Assembly (NCBI GenBank): GCA_038087875.1
Contig: CM075979.1
Coordinates: forward strand, 86,800,001-86,864,000
DNA length: 64,000 nt
Direction: 5' to 3'
From: Malacoraja senta
Taxonomy: Eukaryota
Of the stretch, positions 50,516 to 61,112 are shown piece after piece; position 1 is the first letter of the stretch; each line of letters starts with the position of its first letter. The notes under the pieces are model-generated. The model was not told the DNA's origin and searched no databases. It saw only the letters and a list, made by a program, of their open reading frames with translations. The position numbers and the translations under genes are program-made.

Positions 50516-50869
50516 TAAGGGAATTTCTTAATTTGGATGCTTGGAATTGGATCACTGGTAGTGTTTCAGAAGTTCAATGGAAATTGTTGACACTTGCAGC
50601 CATAAACTAATCTACATGGTCAGTGGATTAGCAGAAGTTGATTCTGTTATGACTATCATTACCCATTCTCTTCTAGCAATCCACACCCTGAGGTCATCTG
50701 GCTTAGCTGTTGGGCTTATTGCATTACAATAAATGCATTTTATTCTATCAGACCTCCCTCCCTCCCTGGCTGGCCCCTCCCTATCTTTTCCACTGACGTG
50801 ACTTGCATTAACATCTATATGAGACTATTTTTCTACACCTGCCTCGCTATTGCTTTCGGTCCCATCTCC

Positions 50870-51990
50870 CCACTCTGCCACTTTAGTTAAACCCTCCCGT
50901 TTAGCACTAGTAAATCTCCCACCAGGATAATGGTGCCTCTCCAGTTCAGTTACAACCCATCCATCTTGGACACCTCCTACTTTTCCTTGATGGGGGGCCT
51001 AATAATTCATATACCTGGATCACTCCCCTCTCACCAGCTCCTTAGCCACATATTTATCCATACCTTCACCCAGTTCCTTGCATCATGGCACAGTAATCCT
51101 GAGATTAGTTTAGCTTAGTTTAGAGATACAGCATGGAAACAAATCCTTCAGCCCACCAAGTGCACGCCGACCAGCAATCACCCATACACTAGTTCTATAC
51201 TAAGGTCATAAGGAATAGGAGAAACAGGCCAATTGGCCCATCAAGTCTACTCCGCCATTCAATCATGGCTGATCTATCTCTCCCTCCTAACCCCATTCTC
51301 CTGCCTTCTCCCCATAAGTTCTGACACCTGTACTAATCAAGAATCTATCTATGTCTGCCTTGGCCTCCACAGCCTTCTGTGGCAAAGAATTCCACAGATT
51401 CACCACCCTCTGACTATAGGGTGACTAAAGTACTATTCACTGGGCACAAATTGCCAAACCAAATTAACCTACAAATCTACACATCTTTGGAGTGTGGGGT
51501 GAAACCGTAGCACCCGGAGAAAATCCACGTGATCACAAGGAGAACGTACAAACTCCATACAGTCAGCACCTGTGGTCAGGATCAACTCCTGATCTCTGGC
51601 GCTGTAAGGTAGCAACTGTACTACCCTCTAACTCTACCTTGAGGTCTTTGTTTTCAACCTGCTACCTAGCTCCCTAAATTCTCTTTGCAGGACCTCATCT
51701 GTCTTCCTAGCCATGACCTGTGGCAGCTCACGTTCCCCCTACATAATGTCATGTGCCCGCTCCAAGACGACCTCCACTGTGGCCCCGGGGAGGCAACGCG
51801 CCTTCCTGGAGTCTCACTCGTGGCCACAGGACCACCTGTCTCTGTCTCTGACTATAGAGTCTCCCATCACTAGTGCTGACATTGTCTTTGGCCTACCCAG
51901 CTTAACACCAGAGCCAGGCATGTTGCCAGTGATCTTGCGGCTGCTGCTATTTTCCTCTGAGAGTCCATCCCCCAATAGGATCTAAACTGG
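50870..51990 (-). mobile_element. CR1 ORF1 (SGNH/GDSL esterase domain) remnant, split by nested inserts
   Basis: - strand VMGDSIVRETDR.SCG..DSR..CLPGA (about 51770-51870) and DGL.LNWRGT..L (about 50900-50965). Confidence 0.7.
51107..51625 (-). mobile_element. HE1-type V-SINE interrupted by a - strand CR1 3' fragment (about 51200-51415)
   Basis: (TTTAG) tail at 51107, V-domain and tRNA head at 51460-51625; insert tcaagtctactccgccattcaatcatggctgatcta..agaattccacagattcaccac. Confidence 0.82.
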
Positions 51991-52143
51991 GTCGACAAAA
52001 ATGCTGGAGAAACTCAGCGGGTGCCGCAGCATCTATGGAGCGAAGGAAATAGGCAACGTTTCGGCAACGCTGCACCGGCTGAGTTTCTCCAGCATTTTTG
52101 TCGACCTTCGATTTTCCAGCATCTGCAGTTCCTTCTTAAACAC
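51991..52143. mobile_element. Palindromic PLE-derived mini-element with 14-bp TSD
   Basis: aggatctaaactgg at 51977-51990 and 52144-52157. Confidence 0.9.
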
Positions 52144-53361
52144 AGGATCTAAACTGGAGTGCTTGTTTGAGAGGGAGATAGCAGTCACCCAACAACCTGT
52201 GATGTGACCACTCCCTGAAACTATTTGTTGAGAATCATCGAGACCAGCAAGCTCACTGTATGAGAGAAGCGAAACCCACTCGATATGACAATTGTTCCTG
52301 TCCCATATGATAAATATTTTGTTTATTTGTTTTAACGAAGGAAAAGTTACGCTCTGGTGCAGAAACAGCATTTTGGTTGTCTTTAGTGCTATTTGACCAA
52401 ATTATAAATTTCAGTAGGTTTTCAACGAAATATTTAAATGAAAAAGTATTAACTTCACTTTTTGCTGCATGAAGTGTCAGGTTGAGAGAAACAGTGTCCC
52501 ATTGTCTACAGTTAATCATGATGTGAGAATTGTTTATACAGCTGCTGTAAGTGAATGAAACACTAATTATTAGCTGGTGAGTGGAAAATGCCACCAACTG
52601 TTTAAGGCTTTTTGTATGTGATCTGATAATATATAACATTTTGTTGTCTGATTTTTATACAAAATTCTCTGCCCCCAATTTCTCAAATAAATAATGTTTT
52701 GAGTTAATTTCTGTATAATTGTGAGTGAAAAGAAAGGTGCTCATTTTGTTTGCTGATCTTGTTCCCTCTGGCACTGTAGATGTGAATTTGCTCATTGGCA
52801 TTTTGAAGTCCTTAATTGGTATTTTATCATAATGTTGGTTTAGTAAGATTTTATTTTTTATGGTTGCTTTAATTTCTATTTTAGAGTGAAGGAGTTCCAG
52901 AATGGAATATGTACACTTATTTATCTATTAATGATATATATTTGTCCAACAAAAAAACAAATTCCTCCAGGACTTAAATCTAAGTAGTTGCGATGATGAA
53001 TCGGAAATGTAGGGATTAGTTGTTGCAGACATAGAAATCTATCAGTAAGTCAAGCTCCATATTCTGTGCCTCACTTCACAAACTTAAGGGTCCCCTTTTG
53101 TTGGGCTGCATGGGATAACTCTCCTACTCCCCCCCCCCCCCCCTTCCCCAGGGGCTTTGAATCCCAGTCCTGCCTCTGTCTAAAGCCCCAAGACCTCATT
53201 CCTAACAGCCAAATACTTCCAATAGGGTTGAACTTTCAATGGAGGAGCAAGGACATTTTTAGGCGATGTTCCCAGGGATCGCTGCAGGCACCAGCACTAT
53301 TCCTGAAATATTTTAATGGCTCGGACTGGGGTGCACAAGGAGCAGATGACACAATATCTTG

Positions 53362-53495
53362 GAGAAACAAGGAACCACAGATGTCGGTTTACCAAGGTCA
53401 GTCTGAAGAAGGGTCCTGACCCATAATGTCACCTCTCCATGTTCTCCAGGGATGCTGCCTGACCTGCTGAATTACTCCAGCATTTTGTGTCTTTC
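53362..53495. mobile_element. PLE-derived element with mutated hammerhead (GAAA to ATAA)
   Basis: agtctgaagaagggtcctgacccataatgtcacc..ttactccagcattttgtgtc. Confidence 0.8.
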
Positions 53496-54139
53496 CTTGA
53501 CACACATCATGGCTTACGTTCATCGATAGCCTGGTGTAATGGGCACACAATCAGTTTCTGAATGTTAACACAGGAAATCAGTTCCATGTGGGAAGAACAA
53601 AAAAGATGCAATAATTAAAAGGTTCATTTCCAAAAGGAATGCAGGAGATGAGGAATCTGGAGGTATATGCACATAAATATGTGAAGGTGACAGGATAGAG
53701 AAACAGGATAAAGCATTTGGCACAAAATACAGAAGTGGTAATGGACAAACATATCATGAGCTCTGGAATTGAGTACATCTAGAACTTAATTATTTCACTC
53801 ATTTCTACTCACTTAAATTTGAGAAGGATCATGAAAACCTGGGAAGGTGCAAAGAAAAATTGAGCAGTTGTATCATGGGGAAATTGTTCTCCTTGGATTT
53901 TGATTTTATTGACATTTTATTTTTCATGGGATTGCGCCGTGTATAACTGCATGGTACAAGATGATCTCATTTTAGAGGCATAATTTTCCATTCTCTATTC
54001 GATTGCTTCTTTATTCTGTACTCTCTTCTCTAATTCCCTTGATTACAGTTTAGTGACTTTGTTCTACACCATCTTTACAACTTTGACCTCTGATGTAGAG
54101 GTTCCAAATCCAGCCACTATATTCTAATGTCATTTATTT

Positions 54140-54200
54140 ATTTATCCTTTTCTCCAGAGATGCTGCCTGGCCTGCTGAGTTACTCCGGCATTTAGTGTCA
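54140..54200 (+). mobile_element. PLE fragment
   Basis: tctccagagatgctgcctggcctgctgagttactccggcattt. Confidence 0.7.
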
Positions 54201-54793
54201 TTTATTTATTCTTTGTCTTAAAATCTGTGAACTGGTATGGCCTTTTGCCATTTAGCAGTTTCTCTTCTTGCTTCTGAAGATTTGTGTATCTGATTCCCTG
54301 CAATTTTTGCTTTTTTTCTTTCTTTCTTCGGGTTAGGGGTATGTGTTCACTCATTCTTTCTGAGATGCAAGACCCTCACCCTTTATTTGAGGATAATAAT
54401 CCCTGAATGCTGAACAAGGGGAGAATGCTACCATTTGCATTCTCCACTCAACACATTCCTTACTTCCCATGCTGGTTGTTGTTGTTCATCCAAGAGTCAA
54501 GAGAAAGTCAAAAGTGTTTAATTATCATATGTACTGAAAATGGAACAATGGCATTCTTATGTGTAGCAACATAACAAGTCTGTAAACACAATACTCATAG
54601 ATAACACAATAAACGGAGGAAAATACAATATTTTTTGAAAATCACATCTTCACTAGCACGCTCAGTTTAACCTTGTATTCATCAATAAGCTTCCTACAGT
54701 CATTCCATGAACATCTTTTGCAAATGCAATTACACAACAGATCACAACATAAGCTGGCAAATTGAGTGATCTGTTGTTGCAATAATGTGTTAT

Positions 54794-55121
54794 GGCCCTG
54801 TCCCACTGTACGAGTTCATTCAAGTGCTCTCCCGAGTTTAAAAAAAAATCAAACTCGTGGTAAGCACGTAGAATGAACGTAGCGGGTACGTCGGAGCTCG
54901 GGGACGTCTCTTAGCGGCTCGTAACGCTAACGGCAGGTACTCGGGAAGACTCGCTAACGGCAGGTAAGCTCGGGAAGACTCGGGAAGATTTTTCAACATG
55001 TTGAAAAATGTCCACGAGAGCCCCGAGTACTTATGAGCGGCCATTATCGTAAATCTCCGAGTTCGAATCAGGGCAAACTCGGGGAGAACTCTTGAATGAA
55101 CTCCTACAGTGGGACAGGGCT
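54794..55121. mobile_element. MITE, same family as 15984-16276
   Basis: TIR GGCCCTGTCCCACTGTA(C/G)GAGTTCATTCAAG; TWA-like flanks; internal repeat of ctaacggcaggta..ctcgggaagactc. Confidence 0.88.
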
Positions 55122-56091
55122 TTAAGTATTTAAGAATAGATACCAATTTCATGCGGAATCAGTCTTTTCTTCTATCCCGCTTCTCCATACATTGGTTATT
55201 AATTACTTTGTGATGTTCAGGTGCTTTAGACAGATTTGCAAAGCCATTTTTAATGGTCAGAGACCAAACAAGTAGGGTGTGCCTGTTTTGGATAATTGTT
55301 CAGAAATGAAGGTGGCTTTTTAAGACATGGGGTGGCAATCAGAAAAAGAAAAAGGAGACTGTGAAGATGATCAAATCAGAAATGGATAAATGTTGAAAGA
55401 ATTCAAACGCTATGGGATAGGGTTGAGAATCAGACTGAATGAACAGCTGAATCGGAGAACTGATAGACTGGTGAGGAAAGATATTTTATAATTCCTAAAG
55501 ATAGTATAGAGTAGATTTCTACCCAATGGCACCCTGGAGTACAGAATCACATCTGCCTCCAGTCAACCGAAAAGAGGAAAAAGTGAAGAAAGCACGTGAA
55601 ATTGATTACAATTAAAAGCCTTGCGTTTCTGTATATTTTTTTATTCTATGTTATTGTTGCCAATGTTGGCAATTATCATTGAAATTTAGGATGTACAATC
55701 TGGGAATGTTTATCTTGCCATCCCAGGTAAATGAATTGAAAGGAAGTTTACTGCATCAAAGGAGAATGTTTACTGATTTTCATACAGATTAGAACCATAT
55801 GGGAATGGGGGAGACTGATGTGGTGCTGGATGTTTCCTCAAGTCTTGATTTTGGCACAATAAGGGTGGGGGAAATAGACATATTTTGCTGTTCCAACATC
55901 ACCAGACTGAATGAGTTGACAAACCTATATCGCTAAATGGATGATAATCAATGATTAGCAGTGCAGTTGCTGTTCACAACAGCGACAGATAGAGAAGTCG
56001 TACATACGATTACTGTAGTGCTCCCACACTTGCACTTCTTCTGCGGTGCAGGGACTAGCTCCCAGGAATTTGGACATCTAGCACATTGGCA

Positions 56092-56430
56092 TAGATAGGA
56101 TAGACAGTCAAATCTTTTTTCCAGGATGCAAATATCAAATACTGGAGAGCGTAGCTTTAAGGTGAGAGAGGCAAAGTTTAAAGGAGATGTGCTTGGCAAG
56201 TCATTTTACACAGAGGGTGGTGTGTGTCTGGAACACACTGCCAGGGGTTGGTGGTGGAGGCAGATACGATCGCAGCAATTAAGAGACTTTTGGATAGGGA
56301 CATGGATATGCAGGAAAAGGAGAGATATGGGTTATGTGCAGGCAGATAAGAGTTGATCTCGGCATCATGTTTGGCACTGATATTGTGGGCCGAATGCCCT
56401 GTTCCTTTGCTGCACCCTTCCATTTTCTAT
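56092..56430 (+). mobile_element. CR1-clade 3' fragment
   Basis: SNT...FKVR.AKFKGDV.GK.F.QRVV..WN.LP-like peptide; gggccgaatgccctgttcct. Confidence 0.8.
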
Positions 56431-56949
56431 GTAGTCCTTATAATATGGCTAAGTCATGCAGGGGTCAGAGGGATCACAACATTGCTGGACACACATAATG
56501 GAAAAACATACCCAGTCCCTCCTGACATGTCAAAGTGATACTGATCCCTGTGAGATCATGTTGCTCTGGTCAATGACTAACTGAAAGAGGGAGGTGGTGT
56601 CATCATAGTGGGATCATAGTGGGAAAAGGAATTCAGTCTCGCAAGGCAACTGCTGATATAATCTTCTTCCTAATAAACTTCAAGAAGAGGCAGAATTTAA
56701 TGGACGAAAACAGAAATTAACATTCAGGATCCATTCCATGTTGTTCCAATCTGCATATTCCTGGAGCAGAAGCCTTTTCTGCTGAGAAAATCAGTTCCAT
56801 GAATGGTCATTGGTCTCTCAGTGCGACCCCCTGTGTTACAGCCAAGCCCTCACAGTGCCTGTACTTATGCAGCTACACTGAGTGCCGTCCACTTGTGGTG
56901 GGCCAGCCAGGCCAGCAGAGAAGTAAGGAAAGCTTTTGATTTATATAGA

Positions 56950-57307
56950 TTGTAAGGTCATGTGCAGCTAAAGATGTATCTTTCGAACTGCAGTTAGTGT
57001 TGCAATATAGAATGGAAGTCCATTTCTGCGCCATCATAGTGACCAGATTTATCCGTTCTTGTGATTTCAATTGAAAGATAAGTATTAACTGGCGGACTAG
57101 GTCATCGCAAATGCTTTTCTTTCCAACAGGCCACAAGATCTATTACATCTTCATGGGTGGTGGTGGCAAAGCTCAGCTCAATGCCTTGTTTGGAAGAATG
57201 AACTCATTAAATGGATAACCAGCCTGGAATTTTGTGCGCAAAGCTTTGGCGTGGGACTTAAACCCACAATCTTCTGTGTCAGAGATGATACCACTATCTA
57301 CCGAGCC
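56950..57307 (-). mobile_element. Ancient tRNA-derived (SacSINE-like) SINE
   Basis: - strand tRNA-like head ggctcggtagatagtggtatc..tgacacagaagattgtgggtttaagtcccac. Confidence 0.45.
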
Positions 57308-57715
57308 TCAAATGCCACAAGGAAGTTTTGCTTTCCAGTTACACTTTGTTCTCGGTAGGGACATTAATTCTGAAACTGCTTTGGATTTATTTCGTGGCCC
57401 TGAGTCATGCTCTCTGTTGCCCATTGTCTTCCCCACCCTGTTTCTGGAATGCAGCTGACCAAAGAAATAATACAGGACTGATTTTGCAATTAATTCTGAT
57501 GCCGTAATCCAAAGAAAAAAGATCTATATGAAATGCCATCAGTTACCCTGCCTTCACCGCAGTTGACTCAAGATGAATGTATGGCTGATCCATGGATAGC
57601 ATTCCATTGTAAAAAATCACTTCCTCTGCATTGCCGTTCTATATAGTGCCTAATCCAGACATTGCCCCTAAAATATAGACTTGCTCTGAGAAAAAACGGC
57701 TGCCCCTAACTATCT

Positions 57716-58672
57716 AAGATAGACACAAAAAGCTGGAGTAACTCAGCGGGACAGGCAGCATCACTGGAGAGAAGGAATTTTTAAAAACAATTTTTTTCCA
57801 AAATATACTTTATTCCAGAAATAAATATATACAATACATGTTCCTTACAAAACTCCATCCGACAATTCTCGGAGGCTATACATACATTCAATACTGTTTA
57901 CACAAATTGCACAATTTTTCAACGTGCGCAGTGTGAAGAACACTTTGCGATGTGTAAACGCCTTGCAGTACCTGGCCACGGTCAAGGCAGACGTGACTTT
58001 TCTGCAGGACTGCGGGCTGCCACACCTCCGCGGCTCTCGGAAGTGGTCGCGATGATGGCCCCACGGACTGTCGGTATGGGGAGGGGGTGGTTTGGGTGGG
58101 AAGGGATGTTAACCAGGGAGTTGCGGAGGGAACGGTCTCTGCAGAAGTCGGAAAGGGGTGGAGATGGGAAAATGTGGTTAGTGGTGGGATCCCATTGGAG
58201 GTGGTGGAAATTTCGGAGGATTATGTGTTGACTGCTACGGCTGATGGGGTGGAAGGTAAGGACTAGGGGGACGCTGTCTCTGTTGCGACTAGGGGGAGGG
58301 GGAGCAAGGGCGGAGCTGTGGGGTACTGAGGAGATACAAGTGAGGGCCTAATTTATGATGGGAGAGGGGAGTCACCGTTTCCCTAAAGAATAAGGACATC
58401 TCTGATGTTCCAGTATGGAACACCTCATCTTGGGCGCAGATGCGGTGTAGACGGAGGAATTGGGAGTAGGGGATGGGGTCTTTGCAGGAAGCAGGGTGGG
58501 AAGGCGTGTAGTCAAGATAGTTGTAGGAGTCAGTGGGTTTGTAATAGACGTCAGTCAATAGTCTATTTCTTGTGATGGAGACTGTGAGATCATGAAAGGG
58601 GAAGGAGGTGTCGGAGATGGTCCGAGTAAATTTGAGTGCAGGATGAAAATTAGTGGTGAAGTTGATAACTAA
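57716..58672 (-). mobile_element. Penelope-like element (RT C-terminal part 58076-58666 and pLTR end 57716-57778) with internal Tx1 pieces; 10-bp TSD
   Basis: INFTTNFHPALKFT.TISDTS.PF.DLTVSI...L.TDVYYKPTDS.NYLDYT.SHPASCKD.IPYSQFLRL.RIC; ctaactatct at 57706-57715 and 58673-58682. Confidence 0.88.
57779..58075. mobile_element. L1/Tx1-clade fragment: - strand poly-A 3' end joined to + strand ORF2 endonuclease N-terminus
   Basis: T-run + tttatt (AATAAA on -) at 57790-57813; + strand FNVRSVKNTLRCVNALQYLATVKADVTFLQDCGLPHL..WSR*WPHGLS (APE motifs NVR and FLQE). Confidence 0.7.
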
Positions 58673-58974
58673 CTAACTATCTGTCTTAATTGCTTAGCTT
58701 AGTTGAAGTGTCAGTGCCTTTGCCGTTCCTTTATGATTTTTTTATTTTATTTTTTAAAACATAAGGAAAGTTCTATGATTTAAAAGTCAGTTATAGTATT
58801 GCTGAAAGTGGGAGGTACAAATTTTACAATTTCTGCAGTCGTCCATCATCATAAAATACTGATCTAAAACATAATTTCTGTAGCTAAATAGGTATACATG
58901 AATCGCAATTCGTCTGTAGCTTCAAAAACCCTCTGATCTAAAGACTGAATTTGGTTTTCTGAGGCCTTGGATAG

Positions 58975-59370
58975 AGTCATAACGACATACAGCACGGAAA
59001 ATACACTTCGGCCCAACTCGTCCATGGTGACCAAGATGCCCCATCTATGCTAGTCCCATTTGCCCACATTTTGTCCATATCCCTCTAAATCTTTTTATTC
59101 CATGTAGCTGTCCAAGTGTCTTTTAAATACTGTTGTACCTGCCTCAATGATCTCTTCTGGCAGTTCATTCCATATACCCACCACCCACTGTGTGAAAAAG
59201 TTGCCCCTCTGACCTATTAAATCTTTCCCCTCTCACCTTAAACCTATGTCCTCTGGTTCCTGACTTGCCTACCCTGGGGCAGTCTCTGTGCATTCACCCT
59301 ATCAATTCCCATCATGATTTTATACACCTCTATAAGATAACCCCTTTGCATCATGTGCTGCAAGGAATAA
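58975..59370 (-). mobile_element. CR1-clade 3' fragment
   Basis: ttcggcccaactcgtccatg..gaaaaagttgcccct..ttttatacacctctataagataacccct. Confidence 0.8.
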
Positions 59371-60155
59371 TCAGACAATAATTCCATCTAATGATAGTCA
59401 TTGTCTGATTATTATTGTCCCCATATCAAGCTGTGAAGTAGGGAGATGTTGAGGAGATATTATTGGCCTTGAGTGTGTAAGGGTATGCAGTTTAACAATG
59501 ACGGTCCCCACAATTATACTCCTTTCCACGCTATCTTTCTATCTTGCATGCACTTTGTTTCTGTTTTGTTTCGCTTAAAGCCATTAACAGCTGCAGTAAC
59601 GAGAACTGAGCATAAATATTTATTCCAATGGGATTCCTAAGGCACATTACTGAAATTCTATTTATTAAACTGTTTAATAGTTTGTATCCTTTTAGTACAA
59701 ATAATTATCCGTTAATCATTGTTACCACAAAACAGAGGAGAAGATGAGATCTAGTGACATTTTTATCTGTGGGACCAAAATGCAAATTGGATATCCGCAG
59801 TTAATTGTATTTACAGATAAATATTTCATGTTCCTTTACATCTTGTGTATTAATTCATTACTAATGATGGGGTTTAATCACCTCACCTGAAATGCTCTCA
59901 CGTTGAAATACCTGTCACCTGACCAGGCTCATTTCCCAATTAATGCAAGGTCCAATATAATCCCTCCTCTGTTTGTACGATCAAGAGACTCTTTCAAGGA
60001 AACTTGCATTGAAGTGAACTAACTTTCTGCCCACCAGTCTGACCATGTTCATCAAACTGTCACTGTCTAACCTTCCTTTTAGCTTTGCTCCCCATAACCT
60101 CGATCTTGTCATCAGTCTCTCCACATGCTACTACTCAGGTTTCCACCCCACGGTC

Positions 60156-60635
60156 ACTAGTTTAAACCCTTCCGGCGAGCAGGAACGAGCCTCTCTGCCA
60201 GGACATTAATTCACCCGCTGTTCGGATGCAGCACATCCCTCTTGCACAGGTCTCCCCTGCCCAGGAAGAGATCCCAGTGATCCATATACAAAGCCCATCC
60301 TCCTTAGCGCATTAGCTCCTTAGCCACATATTGAACTGCACTATCTTTCTACTTCTTGCCTCACTAGCTAGTAGCACTAGCTCATTACAACCCTGGAGGG
60401 TCCAGTTTTTTAACCTGTTACCAAACACCCTAAATACTCCTTGCAGGACCCCATCTCCCTTCTCCTTATGTCATTGGTAGCAATGTGGACCACAATCTCT
60501 GCTTGCTCCCTCTCCCCACTCAGAATATGCCATCTCCCCACAGAGGTATCCTTGACGCTGGCACCAGGAAGAGAACACCCCATCCTGGAGTCTCATTTCC
60601 AGCCACAGAGACTCCTATCTGTACCCCTGATGTAG
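60156..60635 (-). mobile_element. CR1 ORF1 SGNH esterase remnant
   Basis: - strand IRGTDRSLCG..DSRM.CSLPGA.VKD, IVVHIATNDI, N.WL, DHWDLF.GRGDL.KRDVLH, GLN*. Confidence 0.75.
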
Positions 60636-60894
60636 AGGTTTCTATCAGTATTAACCCCTTATACGATCATCACAGTTTGTTGATTTCCTATCTTGAAAAT
60701 AGTTGCATTGAATTTCAAATAACTCAGACATGGTTAATGCTGTCCAATCATTTCTACTTTACATCCCTGGCCCAGATAAACATGATTAGCCTAGATTGTC
60801 ACTAAAATTCTGTTCATAGAAATATGTATAAATACAATGTTTTTTTGGTAAATTTGTGGGTAAACCTGCTAAAAGATGGAATCATTGACTCAAA

Positions 60895-61112
60895 GGTAGA
60901 CAAAAATGCTGGAGAAACCCAGCGGGTGAGGCAGCATCTGTGGAGCGAAGGAATAGGTGACGATTCGGGTCGAGACCCTTCTTCAGACTGAAGGGTCTCG
61001 ACTCGAAACGTCACCTATTCCTTCGCTCCATAGATGCTGCCTCACCCGCTGAGCATCTCCAGCATTTTTGTCTAACTGCGATTTTTCCAGCATCTGCAGT
61101 TCTTTCTTAAAT
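60895..61112. mobile_element. Palindromic PLE-derived element with two back-to-back hammerhead motifs and a 16-bp TSD
   Basis: gaatcattgactcaaa at 60879-60894 and 61113-61128; motifs at 60959-60986 (-) and 60988-61012 (+). Confidence 0.92.
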
